Source: a virus (taxonomy: Duplodnaviria; Caudoviricetes). From it: 53,767 nucleotides of DNA. Below, piece by piece: positions 1 to 7,974 of this stretch; positions within the stretch are counted from its first letter, which is position 1; every line of letters starts with the position of its first letter. The stretch spans positions 1 through 53,767 of IMG/VR virus record IMGVR_UViG_3300021963_000162; one strand, given 5' to 3'. A model generated the notes under the pieces. That model was not told the origin of the DNA. It searched no databases and was given only the letters and a program-made list of their open reading frames with translations. Position numbers and translations under genes: made by a program.

Positions 1-1
1 T

Positions 2-121
2 GATAAAGATGAAATTGTGAAAGTTGGATTACAGGTTGCTGTATTTGAACATGATAATTATGGTGGCAGACAATTGCGCCAAGATTTTGTTGATGTTGAA
101 CGAGTGAAAATTAAATTATGA
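2..121 (+). CDS. 3' end of a hypothetical protein (partial; ...DKDEIVKVGLQVAVFEHDNYGGRQLRQDFVDVERVKIKL*)
   Basis: Open frame from the window edge to TGA at 119-121, overlapping the next ATG (ATGA coupling). Confidence 0.6.
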   Translation, partial: DKDEIVKVGLQVAVFEHDNYGGRQLRQDFVDVERVKIKL

Positions 122-675
122 ATATCTTTTATCTCCACAATGACCCAAAAGTGTGTGCAGAAATGCACAATGATAAACATTGCATTAAGATGATCCTTGA
201 ATATGCTCAATTACTTTCTACTGCTCATCGTGTCCTTGATGGTACTCTTACCGTTGGTCTCTCAACATCTGGACGCAAAAAAACTTCATATGTGCTTATG
301 GATCAGCGTGACTCTGTTCTTTACTCTGCTACTCATATCAATCATCCTTCTGCTATTTGGGTGAGACATTCATATGAAAATTATGAATGGCTGTATAAAA
401 TGTTCATTGCATTGATGAACGAATATACCTATCGTTATGGTAAAAATCACGCCTGTGAAAAATTGATTGATGCTCTGTATACACCACCAACACATATACC
501 CAAAGGCGTTGGTTTCACAGAACCTACACCAGCAATGCCTGATGATGTAAAGATTGCCGGTGATTCAATCAAGTCATATCGTAATTACTATATAAATAAT
601 AAGACACACCTTGCTTCATGGCGAGGCAAAGTCAATTCTCGTAATACTCCGGAGTGGTTCAATGCCGTCATATGA
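118..675 (+). CDS. Pyrimidine-dimer DNA glycosylase / endonuclease V-like protein
   Basis: N-terminus MNIFYL..DP..CA..H.DKH..KMILE.AQLLSTAH and H.NHPS..W motif, characteristic of this phage family. Confidence 0.75.
   Translation: MNIFYLHNDPKVCAEMHNDKHCIKMILEYAQLLSTAHRVLDGTLTVGLSTSGRKKTSYVLMDQRDSVLYSATHINHPSAIWVRHSYENYEWLYKMFIALMNEYTYRYGKNHACEKLIDALYTPPTHIPKGVGFTEPTPAMPDDVKIAGDSIKSYRNYYINNKTHLASWRGKVNSRNTPEWFNAVI
591..598 (+). promoter_or_regulatory. T4-type late promoter TATAAATA
   Basis: Exact T4 gp55 consensus upstream of the ATG at 662. Confidence 0.6.
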
Positions 676-940
676 TTTTCGTAACAAAGAGACAGGTGAA
701 ATTACAGAACACCGTATGTCCTACACAGTCCTTGACCAATTCAAGGCTGACAATCCACACCTAGAACAATACCATTCAGCAGAAAATCTACCGATTATGT
801 CTGATGCTACTCGTATGTCAGTTCCAGGTACTAAACGCAACGATTCAGCATTTGAAAAATATGTTATCAATCGTATCAAAGAAAAAGTACCACAGAACAC
901 ATTAGCAGGCCACAAAACCGCAGGCAGTCGTGAATGGTAA
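662..940 (+). CDS. Conserved T4-like small protein, FmdB-like N-terminus lacking the Zn cysteines
   Basis: MPSYDFRNKETGE start at ATG 662; usual position upstream of phoH in T4-like phages. Confidence 0.65.
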   Translation: MPSYDFRNKETGEITEHRMSYTVLDQFKADNPHLEQYHSAENLPIMSDATRMSVPGTKRNDSAFEKYVINRIKEKVPQNTLAGHKTAGSREW

Positions 941-1083
941 AACAAATCCCCGCATTATTTCTTCCAAAGAGAGGTGACGATGAGCAAAAGACCTCCGTGA
1001 AACAAACTTCAAAAAAGCGAATGTTTAATAAGAAACAAGAGCAAAAGAAAAATAAAAAGGAAGCATTTCTTTTGCAAGTATAA
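934..1083 (+). CDS. Small basic hypothetical protein (49 aa, MVKQIPALFLPKRGDDEQK...AFLLQV)
   Basis: ORF read manually; fills the gap between the FmdB-like gene and phoH; below the ORF-track length cutoff. Confidence 0.4.
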   Translation: MVKQIPALFLPKRGDDEQKTSVKQTSKKRMFNKKQEQKKNKKEAFLLQV

Positions 1084-1100
1084 AAATAACAGGGGTATTG

Positions 1101-1865
1101 ATGGTAACCAAAAAAATGCCAGCTCGTTCTAGAGCTGAGATAATCGAAAATGAAGAACAAGTAACTAGACACCAACCATCAGTTTCTAACTCATTAAAAA
1201 TAAAATTAGACCACTTAAAAACTTTTGATGCTCTGACAAACAATCAACAAAAGTTCTTTGATGCATACAAAACAGGTGATTACTTTATAGGTCTATTTGG
1301 ATCACCAGGCGTAGGCAAGACATTCTTAGCAATGTATCGTGGCCTAGAAGAAGTCCTAGATAAAACCAACCCATTTAAACAAGTCGTTGTAGTTCGTTCA
1401 GCGGTACAAGTTCGTGACCAAGGTTTCGTTCCTGGTACATTGGATGAGAAGATGGAGATATATGAAACACCTTACAAAGAAATCTGTGAAACTTTGTTTG
1501 GTAGACCAGATGCATGGGATAGGTTAAAGGAACAAGGTCACGCTAGGTTCATTTCTACCACGGCAATTCGTGGTATTTCTATTGATGATGCTATCATTTT
1601 GGTGGATGAATCACAGTCAATGACATTCCATGAGTTATCGTCAGTTATTTCCCGTGTCGGACATAGGTCTAAAATCATTTTCATCGGTGACCTGAAACAA
1701 AATGACCTAATTAAATCTAAGAATGATGTTTCTGGTCTGAAAGAATTTTTGAATGTTGCAAGACATATGACCGAATTCACTGAGATTACATTCACTCCGG
1801 ATGATATTGTTCGTTCTTCTTTGGTTAAATCCTTTATCGTGGCCTGTGATAAGTTAGGAATTTGA
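1101..1865 (+). CDS. phoH: PhoH-family ATPase
   Basis: Walker A GSPGVGKT, GFVPGTLDEK, IRGISIDD, VDESQ and GDLKQND motifs. Confidence 0.92.
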   Translation: MVTKKMPARSRAEIIENEEQVTRHQPSVSNSLKIKLDHLKTFDALTNNQQKFFDAYKTGDYFIGLFGSPGVGKTFLAMYRGLEEVLDKTNPFKQVVVVRSAVQVRDQGFVPGTLDEKMEIYETPYKEICETLFGRPDAWDRLKEQGHARFISTTAIRGISIDDAIILVDESQSMTFHELSSVISRVGHRSKIIFIGDLKQNDLIKSKNDVSGLKEFLNVARHMTEFTEITFTPDDIVRSSLVKSFIVACDKLGI

Positions 1866-1867
1866 CG

Positions 1868-1875
1868 AATAAATA
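1868..1875 (+). promoter_or_regulatory. Late promoter-like AATAAATA
   Basis: TAAATA core in the intergenic gap, followed by a GGAG SD and a virion-type gene. Confidence 0.55.
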
Positions 1876-1908
1876 CTCTATAAAGTCTTTTATACGGAGA
1901 ATAATTAA

Positions 1909-2286
1909 ATGGCAACAAAGATGGTAAACGCAGGAATAACTTTTCCTGATGGGACAACACAAGCAACTGCGGCTACAAGTTCCGGCCTCGGTGTGGTTGG
2001 TTATGGGCAAACATGGGCAAGCCAAACCAGATCCCTTGGTACCACATATACAAACAGCACAAGCAGGCCAATTATGGTTCTTATCACCATTTCGGTTCCA
2101 TCACAAAATAATAGTTATGTATATTTTCAAATTAATGGTGTCACTGTTGGTGGATTTGGTGAAACTTCAGCATCACAACCAGCAATGATTAGTTCACATT
2201 CTTTTATTGTTCCAGCTGGAGCAACATATGCTGCAGTAAAACAAGTCGGTGCTCCATCAATTTGGGCTTGGTGGGAACTTCGTTAA
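1909..2286 (+). CDS. Stand-alone tail-fibre tip-like protein
   Basis: GITFPDGTTQ N-motif plus GYGQTW...TYTNSTSRPIMV...SFIVPAGATY...WWELR, a common tail-fibre C-terminal domain. Confidence 0.65.
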   Translation: MATKMVNAGITFPDGTTQATAATSSGLGVVGYGQTWASQTRSLGTTYTNSTSRPIMVLITISVPSQNNSYVYFQINGVTVGGFGETSASQPAMISSHSFIVPAGATYAAVKQVGAPSIWAWWELR

Positions 2287-2295
2287 GGATAAAAC

Positions 2296-2574
2296 ATGAA
2301 ACACTATAAAGATTTAGATAACAACATTTATGCTTATGAACTTGATGGTTCACAGGATCATATTATTCCAACACATTTTATACAAATTACTGATGCTCAA
2401 GCAAAAGAAATTTTGAATGAAAAGGATAAGAAAAACCAACCTGTATTGACATATGCAGATAAAAGAAAATTAGAGTATCCACCTATTGACAAACAGTTGG
2501 ATACCTTGTATCATGGTGGTTATGATGTGTGGAAAGCATCAATCAAACGAATCAAAGATAAGTATCCAAAATAA
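2296..2574 (+). CDS. Putative tail-fibre assembly chaperone-like protein
   Basis: MKHYKD..N.IYAYE.DGSQD and R..EYP.I..QLD.LYH...IKDKYPK motifs; directly follows the fibre tip gene. Confidence 0.55.
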   Translation: MKHYKDLDNNIYAYELDGSQDHIIPTHFIQITDAQAKEILNEKDKKNQPVLTYADKRKLEYPPIDKQLDTLYHGGYDVWKASIKRIKDKYPK

Positions 2575-2589
2575 AATTATGAAAATATT

Positions 2590-3243
2590 ATGTTCAATTA
2601 TTGTCCTCCTATAAAATTACCAGACTTAACATCACAAACATTCCCAGACGGCAAACGATATTATGTAACGCCAGCTGGTTCAAGGTTGCCTTCTGTAACC
2701 ACAGTCATTGGTGCCCAAAAGAAAGCATCAATCATGGCTTGGCGCAAACGAGTTGGTGAAGAAGCAGCCAACAAAATCTCCAGACAGGCATCATCAAGAG
2801 GTACAAATGTTCATACATTATGTGAACGGTACCTAAATAATGATAAACTTGGCGATATTATGCCAGATGCTAAAGAAATGTTTGTTGCTTTGGTACCATA
2901 TCTGGACAGAATTGACAATATACATTATCAGGAACAGGCCTTGTGGTCTGAACAATTAGGGTTGGCTGGTCGTGTTGACTGTATTGCTGAGTTTGATGGT
3001 GTTCTATCAGTCATTGACTTTAAAACATCAAAAAGAATCAAACAGCGTGACGATATTTTAGATTATTTTTGGCAAGAAACAGCATACGCTTTGATGTATG
3101 AAGAATTGGTTGGTACACCTATCCACCAATTAGTTACTATCATGGCAATTGATAATGAACCGCCTGGATTGTTTATTGAAAAAACGGAAGACCACATAGA
3201 TGGTCTAGTAAAAGCAATACAATTTTACAAAGAACAAAAATGA
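2590..3243 (+). CDS. PD-(D/E)xK exonuclease (conserved in T4-like phages)
   Basis: PSVTTV, RGT.VH...E.YL, AGRVDCIAE, IDFKTS and Q..AY motifs. Confidence 0.85.
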   Translation: MFNYCPPIKLPDLTSQTFPDGKRYYVTPAGSRLPSVTTVIGAQKKASIMAWRKRVGEEAANKISRQASSRGTNVHTLCERYLNNDKLGDIMPDAKEMFVALVPYLDRIDNIHYQEQALWSEQLGLAGRVDCIAEFDGVLSVIDFKTSKRIKQRDDILDYFWQETAYALMYEELVGTPIHQLVTIMAIDNEPPGLFIEKTEDHIDGLVKAIQFYKEQK

Positions 3244-4145
3244 CAACTCCTGCAACAGGTCCAATATCTCTACTAGACTTACAAAATGAATTTGGTGGAA
3301 CCGCACCTATAAGTTTTAGTGAATACTATAGAGGTGGTGTATTTGTCAATCCACTTGTTTCTGGAGTACCTGCATCCGGTACTTTAGACTTAAATGCGTA
3401 TCGAGGTAAGCAAAAAATCACGGGAGGAAACAGTGGCATTTTAACATCAGGCACTTCATACACATTACCAATAACCAGTGGCACATCTATTAATGTTCTT
3501 GTAATTGGTGGCGGCGGTGGTGGCGGTGGCGGATCTGCTCGCCGAACAAACGCTGGATATTCGACTGGTGGCGGTGGCGGTGGATCAAGTACAGCTATGT
3601 ATGTATTAAATATTCCTGTGACGCCTGGTCAAACAGTCAATTATGTAATTGGTGCTGGAGGTGGCGGCGGCGGTGCCAGAGATGGAAGGTATACTTCAGG
3701 TTCAAATGGTGGCGCAGGTGGACTTACATCGTTTTCTGTGAATGGAGTAGTAAAAGCATCATCAGCAGGCGGCAGCGGAGGTATAAATTCACCAACAGGT
3801 ACTGGCGGTGCCGCAGGTAGTGTTGGTAGTAGTGTCGGAGTTGTGGCACGTGCTGGCACAGCAGGATATAATGCAGGTTCTGGCACAACAATAGGTGGCC
3901 AAGCTGCAAAAGGATTTACAATCACCGACACAGTTGGTTTAACAAGTATAACTTCGATTGTTGGATATGGTGTTGATGGTACTTTAGGTGGCAGATACGC
4001 TTCTGGTGTGCGTGGAACATCCGGTACAATTTATGGTGCTGGAGGTTCAGGTGGTGGCACTGCTCAAAGTGATGTTGAAAATTTCACAAATATGTATTCC
4101 AGTGCTGGTACAACAGGGGCAGTATTCATCTGGTGGGGTGTTTGA
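3240..4145 (+). CDS. Glycine-rich receptor-binding adhesin-like protein
   Basis: N-terminal GPISLLDLQNEFGG..PISFSEYYRGG fibre-attachment-like motif; many poly-Gly tracts; ends GAVFIWW. Confidence 0.65.
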   Translation: MTTPATGPISLLDLQNEFGGTAPISFSEYYRGGVFVNPLVSGVPASGTLDLNAYRGKQKITGGNSGILTSGTSYTLPITSGTSINVLVIGGGGGGGGGSARRTNAGYSTGGGGGGSSTAMYVLNIPVTPGQTVNYVIGAGGGGGGARDGRYTSGSNGGAGGLTSFSVNGVVKASSAGGSGGINSPTGTGGAAGSVGSSVGVVARAGTAGYNAGSGTTIGGQAAKGFTITDTVGLTSITSIVGYGVDGTLGGRYASGVRGTSGTIYGAGGSGGGTAQSDVENFTNMYSSAGTTGAVFIWWGV

Positions 4146-5737
4146 TGGCATTACCAACAGGTCAAATTAAATTCAGTGATTTAAATAGAGAACTCGGTAA
4201 ATCACTATCAACTACAATCAACCTAAATGATTCTATCGTCCAAGTGGTGGAGGGAAATCCATCCGATGGTGTTAGCATGTCCCAGTTGCGTGGAAAATCA
4301 AAAACTTATACCTCACTTATCGCAACAAATCAAAAAAATTTAAATATTTACAATACTTTGGTTGCACAAGGATGGGACAAACAATCGTATGTTACATTCA
4401 TAATAGAAAATGGTGTTTACATTTGGAGTGATAATATATCATTACCTGCTTTGACTTCTGGTGGCCCTTTTCCAAATGGATTGACTATAGTTAATAAAGG
4501 TTATATCATGGGTAAAGGTGGTGCCGGTGGTGGTCCAGCTGCTGCCGGTGAATCGGGAGGACCTGCAATATCTATAACTACAAATGTTATTATAGACAAT
4601 ACATACGCCAGTGCTTATATTGGTGGTGGAGGCGGAGGTGGTGGGTCTGGTGGTTATGGAGCATATAATTATGCCGGTGGCGGCGGCGGTGCTGGTGGCG
4701 GTGTTGGTGGTGCTGGGTTTGGATCGACCACATATGCAGGTGGATCTGGCGGCGCAATTGGTCAAGTTGGCGCAAATGGAGTTAATGGACAATCAACAAT
4801 ACGAGCGCAACAATCATATGGTGGTGGTGCTGGTGGTGGCGGCGGTTATCAACGAGTAGGCGGTGGCGGTGGTGGCCGAATTTTCCCTGGTACTAGTGGT
4901 GCAGGAGGTTATGAATACGCTCCAGTTAGTGCGCCAACCAAATACACCTATGCGGGTAAGGGTGGTGCCAGCAATCTGCCAGGAGAAAATTCTTATTTGG
5001 TTAATGGTGGAACCTCAGGATATTTGTCTGCTGGTGGCGGTGGTGGTTGGGGTGCTGCAGGCGGTCAAGGTGTTGCAGCAGGCGGTGCAGGCGGCAAAGC
5101 GGTTGAAACTAATAGTTATACTGTTACTTGGGTTAATAATAATACTACAAGAGTTTATGGTTCTGTTGGTGGAGTGTTCAAAAATCCATTTTCTTCATAT
5201 AGTTTTACTACATCTGGTGTCGATGCTGGTGGTGGTGGACCAATATCAGCACCAGGAAAAATTAAGCCTACATCAGGAAGTTTTGTAGGCCAGTCAGTTT
5301 CTGTTCCTGTTGCGTTAACACTGACAAGTTATTGGGCTGATAGTAATGCTGGATCACAAACATATAATTCACCAAGAGATTCGGTTTTTGTGTCTTCTAC
5401 AACAAACTGGACAGTTACAGACCTTATCAATTTGGGAATTAATCATACCAATGTTCACACAACATCAACTACCAGAACAGTAAGTCTTGTATTTGACGTA
5501 GACGAATCTATGAATGCTGGATATTATATTATTACTAGGTCAGGCGCAGTCACATCTATATCTCTGTGGGCCACTGGTACATATACAGGGGTATACTCAA
5601 CACGACAAGTTGCTGGCGGCCGTCAAAGAAATATATCTGGTTCTTGGACATTGCCAATATTAAATGATAATCAACTTTTAGTGCCTGCTTGGGGTGATGG
5701 TACTGGCACAAATAACCTTAGATGGTCAATAACCTAA
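4145..5737 (+). CDS. gp38-type (T2/T6-like) polyglycine adhesin with an extra C-terminal domain
   Basis: N-terminal I.FSDLN.ELG...SMSQLRGKS; LTIVNKGYIMGKGGAGG, GGPAI, IGGGGGGG and GGGGGWGAAGG motifs; about 185 aa extension after RVYGSV. Confidence 0.7.
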   Translation: MALPTGQIKFSDLNRELGKSLSTTINLNDSIVQVVEGNPSDGVSMSQLRGKSKTYTSLIATNQKNLNIYNTLVAQGWDKQSYVTFIIENGVYIWSDNISLPALTSGGPFPNGLTIVNKGYIMGKGGAGGGPAAAGESGGPAISITTNVIIDNTYASAYIGGGGGGGGSGGYGAYNYAGGGGGAGGGVGGAGFGSTTYAGGSGGAIGQVGANGVNGQSTIRAQQSYGGGAGGGGGYQRVGGGGGGRIFPGTSGAGGYEYAPVSAPTKYTYAGKGGASNLPGENSYLVNGGTSGYLSAGGGGGWGAAGGQGVAAGGAGGKAVETNSYTVTWVNNNTTRVYGSVGGVFKNPFSSYSFTTSGVDAGGGGPISAPGKIKPTSGSFVGQSVSVPVALTLTSYWADSNAGSQTYNSPRDSVFVSSTTNWTVTDLINLGINHTNVHTTSTTRTVSLVFDVDESMNAGYYIITRSGAVTSISLWATGTYTGVYSTRQVAGGRQRNISGSWTLPILNDNQLLVPAWGDGTGTNNLRWSIT

Positions 5738-5742
5738 GGCTG

Positions 5743-5771
5743 TTGCCAAAATTTATAATTTAATGTATAAT
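5743..5771 (+). promoter_or_regulatory. sigma70-type promoter for the tmRNA
   Basis: TTGCCA-17 nt-TATAAT immediately upstream of the acceptor piece. Confidence 0.75.
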
Positions 5772-5777
5772 GTGAAG

Positions 5778-6082
5778 ATATGGTTGTATGAAGCAACTAG
5801 AAATGTGTTCTGGACGCCGGGGCAGTGCCGGCCAGGTCCACCAAAAGAACTTTTGCATTAGCCACACCAGTAATGCAGTATGTGGGGGGAATGTTAGTCA
5901 ATAGTTCTTTTGATGGGCCTGACACAGTTTCGACAGGGCAAATAGTACAGAAGTGGACAACTCACCAGAGTAGGTGTAAAAACTAAATCAAGTAAACGCA
6001 AACGATGAAAAGTTCGCATTGGCAGCCTAAACGCTGACTAGGGTTTTTGGTAGTTTATCCTCGTAACAGAATTAAACTACTA
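5778..6082 (+). ncRNA. ssrA: Circularly permuted two-piece tmRNA (acceptor piece ~5778-5843, intervening segment 5844-5914, coding piece 5915-~6082)
   Basis: T-arm GCCGG-GGCAGTG-CCGGC then CAGGTCC-A-CCA (5833-5843). The 5' strand GGGCCTG (5915-5921) pairs with it and gives the G3-U wobble. Tag ANDEKFALAA* at 5998-6030; 3' pseudoknot with an AACAGAA loop at 6065-6071. Confidence 0.93.
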
Positions 6083-6103
6083 CAGAATAATGATTTTCGC
6101 TAC

Positions 6104-6133
6104 TTGACATTTCATATCTTTTCAATATATAAT
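6104..6133 (+). promoter_or_regulatory. Consensus sigma70 promoter for pqqA
   Basis: TTGACA-18 nt-TATAAT, followed by an AGGAG SD before ATG 6175. Confidence 0.8.
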
Positions 6134-6174
6134 CCAGTTGCAACATTTCGTTGTGACATTATAGGAGAACTAAT

Positions 6175-6249
6175 ATGAAATGGTCTACACCTGCAGCAAG
6201 CGATATGCGTTTTGGTTTTGAAATCACTATGTATATTGCTAATCGTTAA
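6175..6249 (+). CDS. pqqA: Pyrroloquinoline quinone precursor peptide PqqA (MKWSTPAASDMRFGFEITMYIANR)
   Basis: 24-aa ORF with the W..P...D.R.GFE.TMY..NR signature, including the E-x3-Y pair that becomes PQQ; strong SD; absent from the ORF track. Confidence 0.95.
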   Translation: MKWSTPAASDMRFGFEITMYIANR

Positions 6250-6257
6250 AAGAGTTT

Positions 6258-6295
6258 TGATGGGTTTACTCTAAAAGAAACCCATCATTTTGTTT
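6258..6295 (+). terminator. Intrinsic terminator after pqqA
   Basis: TGATGGGTTT / AAACCCATCA 10-bp stem followed by TTTTGTTT. Confidence 0.7.
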
Positions 6296-6313
6296 AACAA
6301 CTAGGAGTTAATT

Positions 6314-6856
6314 TTGAAAAAATTGAGTTTATTTTTGGCCACTTTGGTCGTGAGTGTTTCAGCAATGGCACAAGGTTATGCATCATTGGAGTATTCTGAT
6401 GAAACTAATCGTGCAACAGACGCATCTAACATTAAAGAAGCGTTGGTTGTAGGTAATAAAGTTGGTTCTACTGACTATAGCCTTAAAATGGAAAACAGCC
6501 AAACTGCATTTGGAAGTGGTTCACTTTCACAAGGTTTGGAAGTTCGTGTAAAACAATCTATCGGTGCTTTCTATGTTGGCGGCCGTTTGGGTGAAAAAGT
6601 TTCTAGTTCATCACACTTCAGCCACTATGCAGTTGATGCTGGTGTTAAGTTCCCATTGGTTGCTGGTTTTACTGGTGATGTTGGTGGTCGTTACCGCAAC
6701 GCATTTGATACTGCAAATGAATATCAAACAACCCGTGTTCATGCAGCAGTTGGTTACGATTTAACCAAACAAGACAAAGTTGCAGTTCGTTGGAGCCGTT
6801 CATACGGTGACGAAGAAAAAGATGCATGGCGTCTACAATATACTCGTAGTTTCTAA
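6314..6856 (+). CDS. Outer-membrane beta-barrel (porin-like) protein with signal peptide
   Basis: AGGAG SD with TTG start; MKK plus hydrophobic core plus AMA signal peptide; alternating beta-strands; C-terminal WRLQYTRSF beta-signal. Confidence 0.75.
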   Translation: MKKLSLFLATLVVSVSAMAQGYASLEYSDETNRATDASNIKEALVVGNKVGSTDYSLKMENSQTAFGSGSLSQGLEVRVKQSIGAFYVGGRLGEKVSSSSHFSHYAVDAGVKFPLVAGFTGDVGGRYRNAFDTANEYQTTRVHAAVGYDLTKQDKVAVRWSRSYGDEEKDAWRLQYTRSF

Positions 6857-6859
6857 TCG

Positions 6860-6892
6860 ACTAAATAAGTATATGGGTTCGGTGGAACCCAT
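6860..6892 (+). promoter_or_regulatory. Late promoter-like ACTAAATA followed by a 5' leader hairpin
   Basis: ACTAAATA at 6860-6867; ATGGGTTC-GGTG-GAACCCAT stem-loop at 6873-6892. Confidence 0.5.
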
Positions 6893-6936
6893 TCAAAAAA
6901 CCACCGCTACACTTACACATTACACAGGAGAAAACT

Positions 6937-7215
6937 ATGTCAAACATGACACCTTTTGAAATTCGTCTTGAACTATTAAAAATGGCTAGAGACATGTTAT
7001 ATGATTCTTATAACGCAGAACGAGACCGTCTATCACAAGACTGGAACATCAAATGCGATACGGCAAAGGCCAAAGGTGAAACACCACCTGAACATCCACC
7101 ACTGCCAACAATCCCCTCAGAACAAGACATTATCAACAAGGCACAAACCTTGAATGGATTCGTGTCTAATATTTCTACAGCACCTGAAGTCAAGGTCACC
7201 AGAAAAACTACCTGA
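6937..7215 (+). CDS. Conserved hypothetical T4-like phage protein
   Basis: AGGAG SD; PFEIRLELLKMA.DML...II.KA..LNGFVS motif common in T4-like phages. Confidence 0.8.
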   Translation: MSNMTPFEIRLELLKMARDMLYDSYNAERDRLSQDWNIKCDTAKAKGETPPEHPPLPTIPSEQDIINKAQTLNGFVSNISTAPEVKVTRKTT

Positions 7216-7220
7216 GGGTT

Positions 7221-7238
7221 AAGGGGGTTCACCCCCTT
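7221..7238. other. GC-rich intergenic hairpin (terminator or processing stem)
   Basis: AAGGGGG-TTCA-CCCCCTT. Confidence 0.5.
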
Positions 7239-7259
7239 TAACACACACAAGGAGAACAG

Positions 7260-7748
7260 ATGAACAAGTTATTGTCATCAATAATACTTTCAACTTTAGT
7301 TTTTTTACCTTTAACATCACAACAACAAACATTTTCGTTTGAATCTGCCATATCACAAGACATAGGAAAACAAGTACTATGCATGGCAAAAAATATCTAC
7401 TATGAAGCCGCAAGTGAATCCTTTGAAGGCAAACTCGCTGTAGCACAGGTTACAATGAACCGTGTAAATAGTAATAAATTCCCATCTAATGTTTGCGATG
7501 TTGTTTACCAAAAAACAGGCAGCACATACCAATTCAGTTGGGTTGGTGAAAATGTTAGTCCTGTTAGAAACAAATATGCATGGGAAGAATGCCTAATTGT
7601 TGCAAAAAAGGCCTTGACAGAAAAACGCCTACATGATACAATCTACAAAACAAAGTCAATGTACTATCACAACACATCGGTAAATCCGGCGTGGAAGTTA
7701 AAGTATGTTGCAAAGATAGGTAACCATTTATTTTATACGAGAACTTGA
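7260..7748 (+). CDS. Cell-wall hydrolase, SleB / Hydrolase_2 family
   Basis: CMAKNIYYEAASE..EGKLAVAQVTMNRV, C.VVYQ, QFSW and IGNHLFY motifs. Confidence 0.9.
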   Translation: MNKLLSSIILSTLVFLPLTSQQQTFSFESAISQDIGKQVLCMAKNIYYEAASESFEGKLAVAQVTMNRVNSNKFPSNVCDVVYQKTGSTYQFSWVGENVSPVRNKYAWEECLIVAKKALTEKRLHDTIYKTKSMYYHNTSVNPAWKLKYVAKIGNHLFYTRT

Positions 7749-7749
7749 A

Positions 7750-7974
7750 ATGCCAACAAAGAATGAGATTAGTGAATTCAGTGAAATGATTGAAAAGAAG
7801 TTTACAACTGGTAATGATGTAAATATTATGGACACAATCGTTCACTACTGTGAAACAACTGGTATGGAAATTGATGTGGCTTCTACTCTAATATCTCCTG
7901 CATTAAAGGCCAAGATTAGAGAAGAAGCCGAAAACTTGAACATGATGAAAAAGAGTGCTAAACTACCACTATGA
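7750..7974 (+). CDS. gp33: Late transcription co-activator gp33
   Basis: 74 aa, MD.IV.YCE..G.EID....LIS..LK.KI..EA..LN motif; synteny with gp59 and gp32. Confidence 0.85.
   Translation: MPTKNEISEFSEMIEKKFTTGNDVNIMDTIVHYCETTGMEIDVASTLISPALKAKIREEAENLNMMKKSAKLPL

Noticed and set aside
970-1000. GAGG SD plus ATG giving MSKRPP-TGA, considered as stop read-through into phoH
   Set aside because: The read-through frame is not the phoH frame, and there is no other sign of stop-codon recoding in the window.
3500-5100. GC-richer GGT/GGC-repeat stretches and Pro-rich antisense ORFs
   Set aside because: These are explained by poly-glycine coding on the plus strand. The antisense ORFs are shadows.
5810-5843. 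tRNA-like T-arm plus CCA end
   Set aside because: There is no D or anticodon arm upstream. It is the acceptor piece of the permuted tmRNA.
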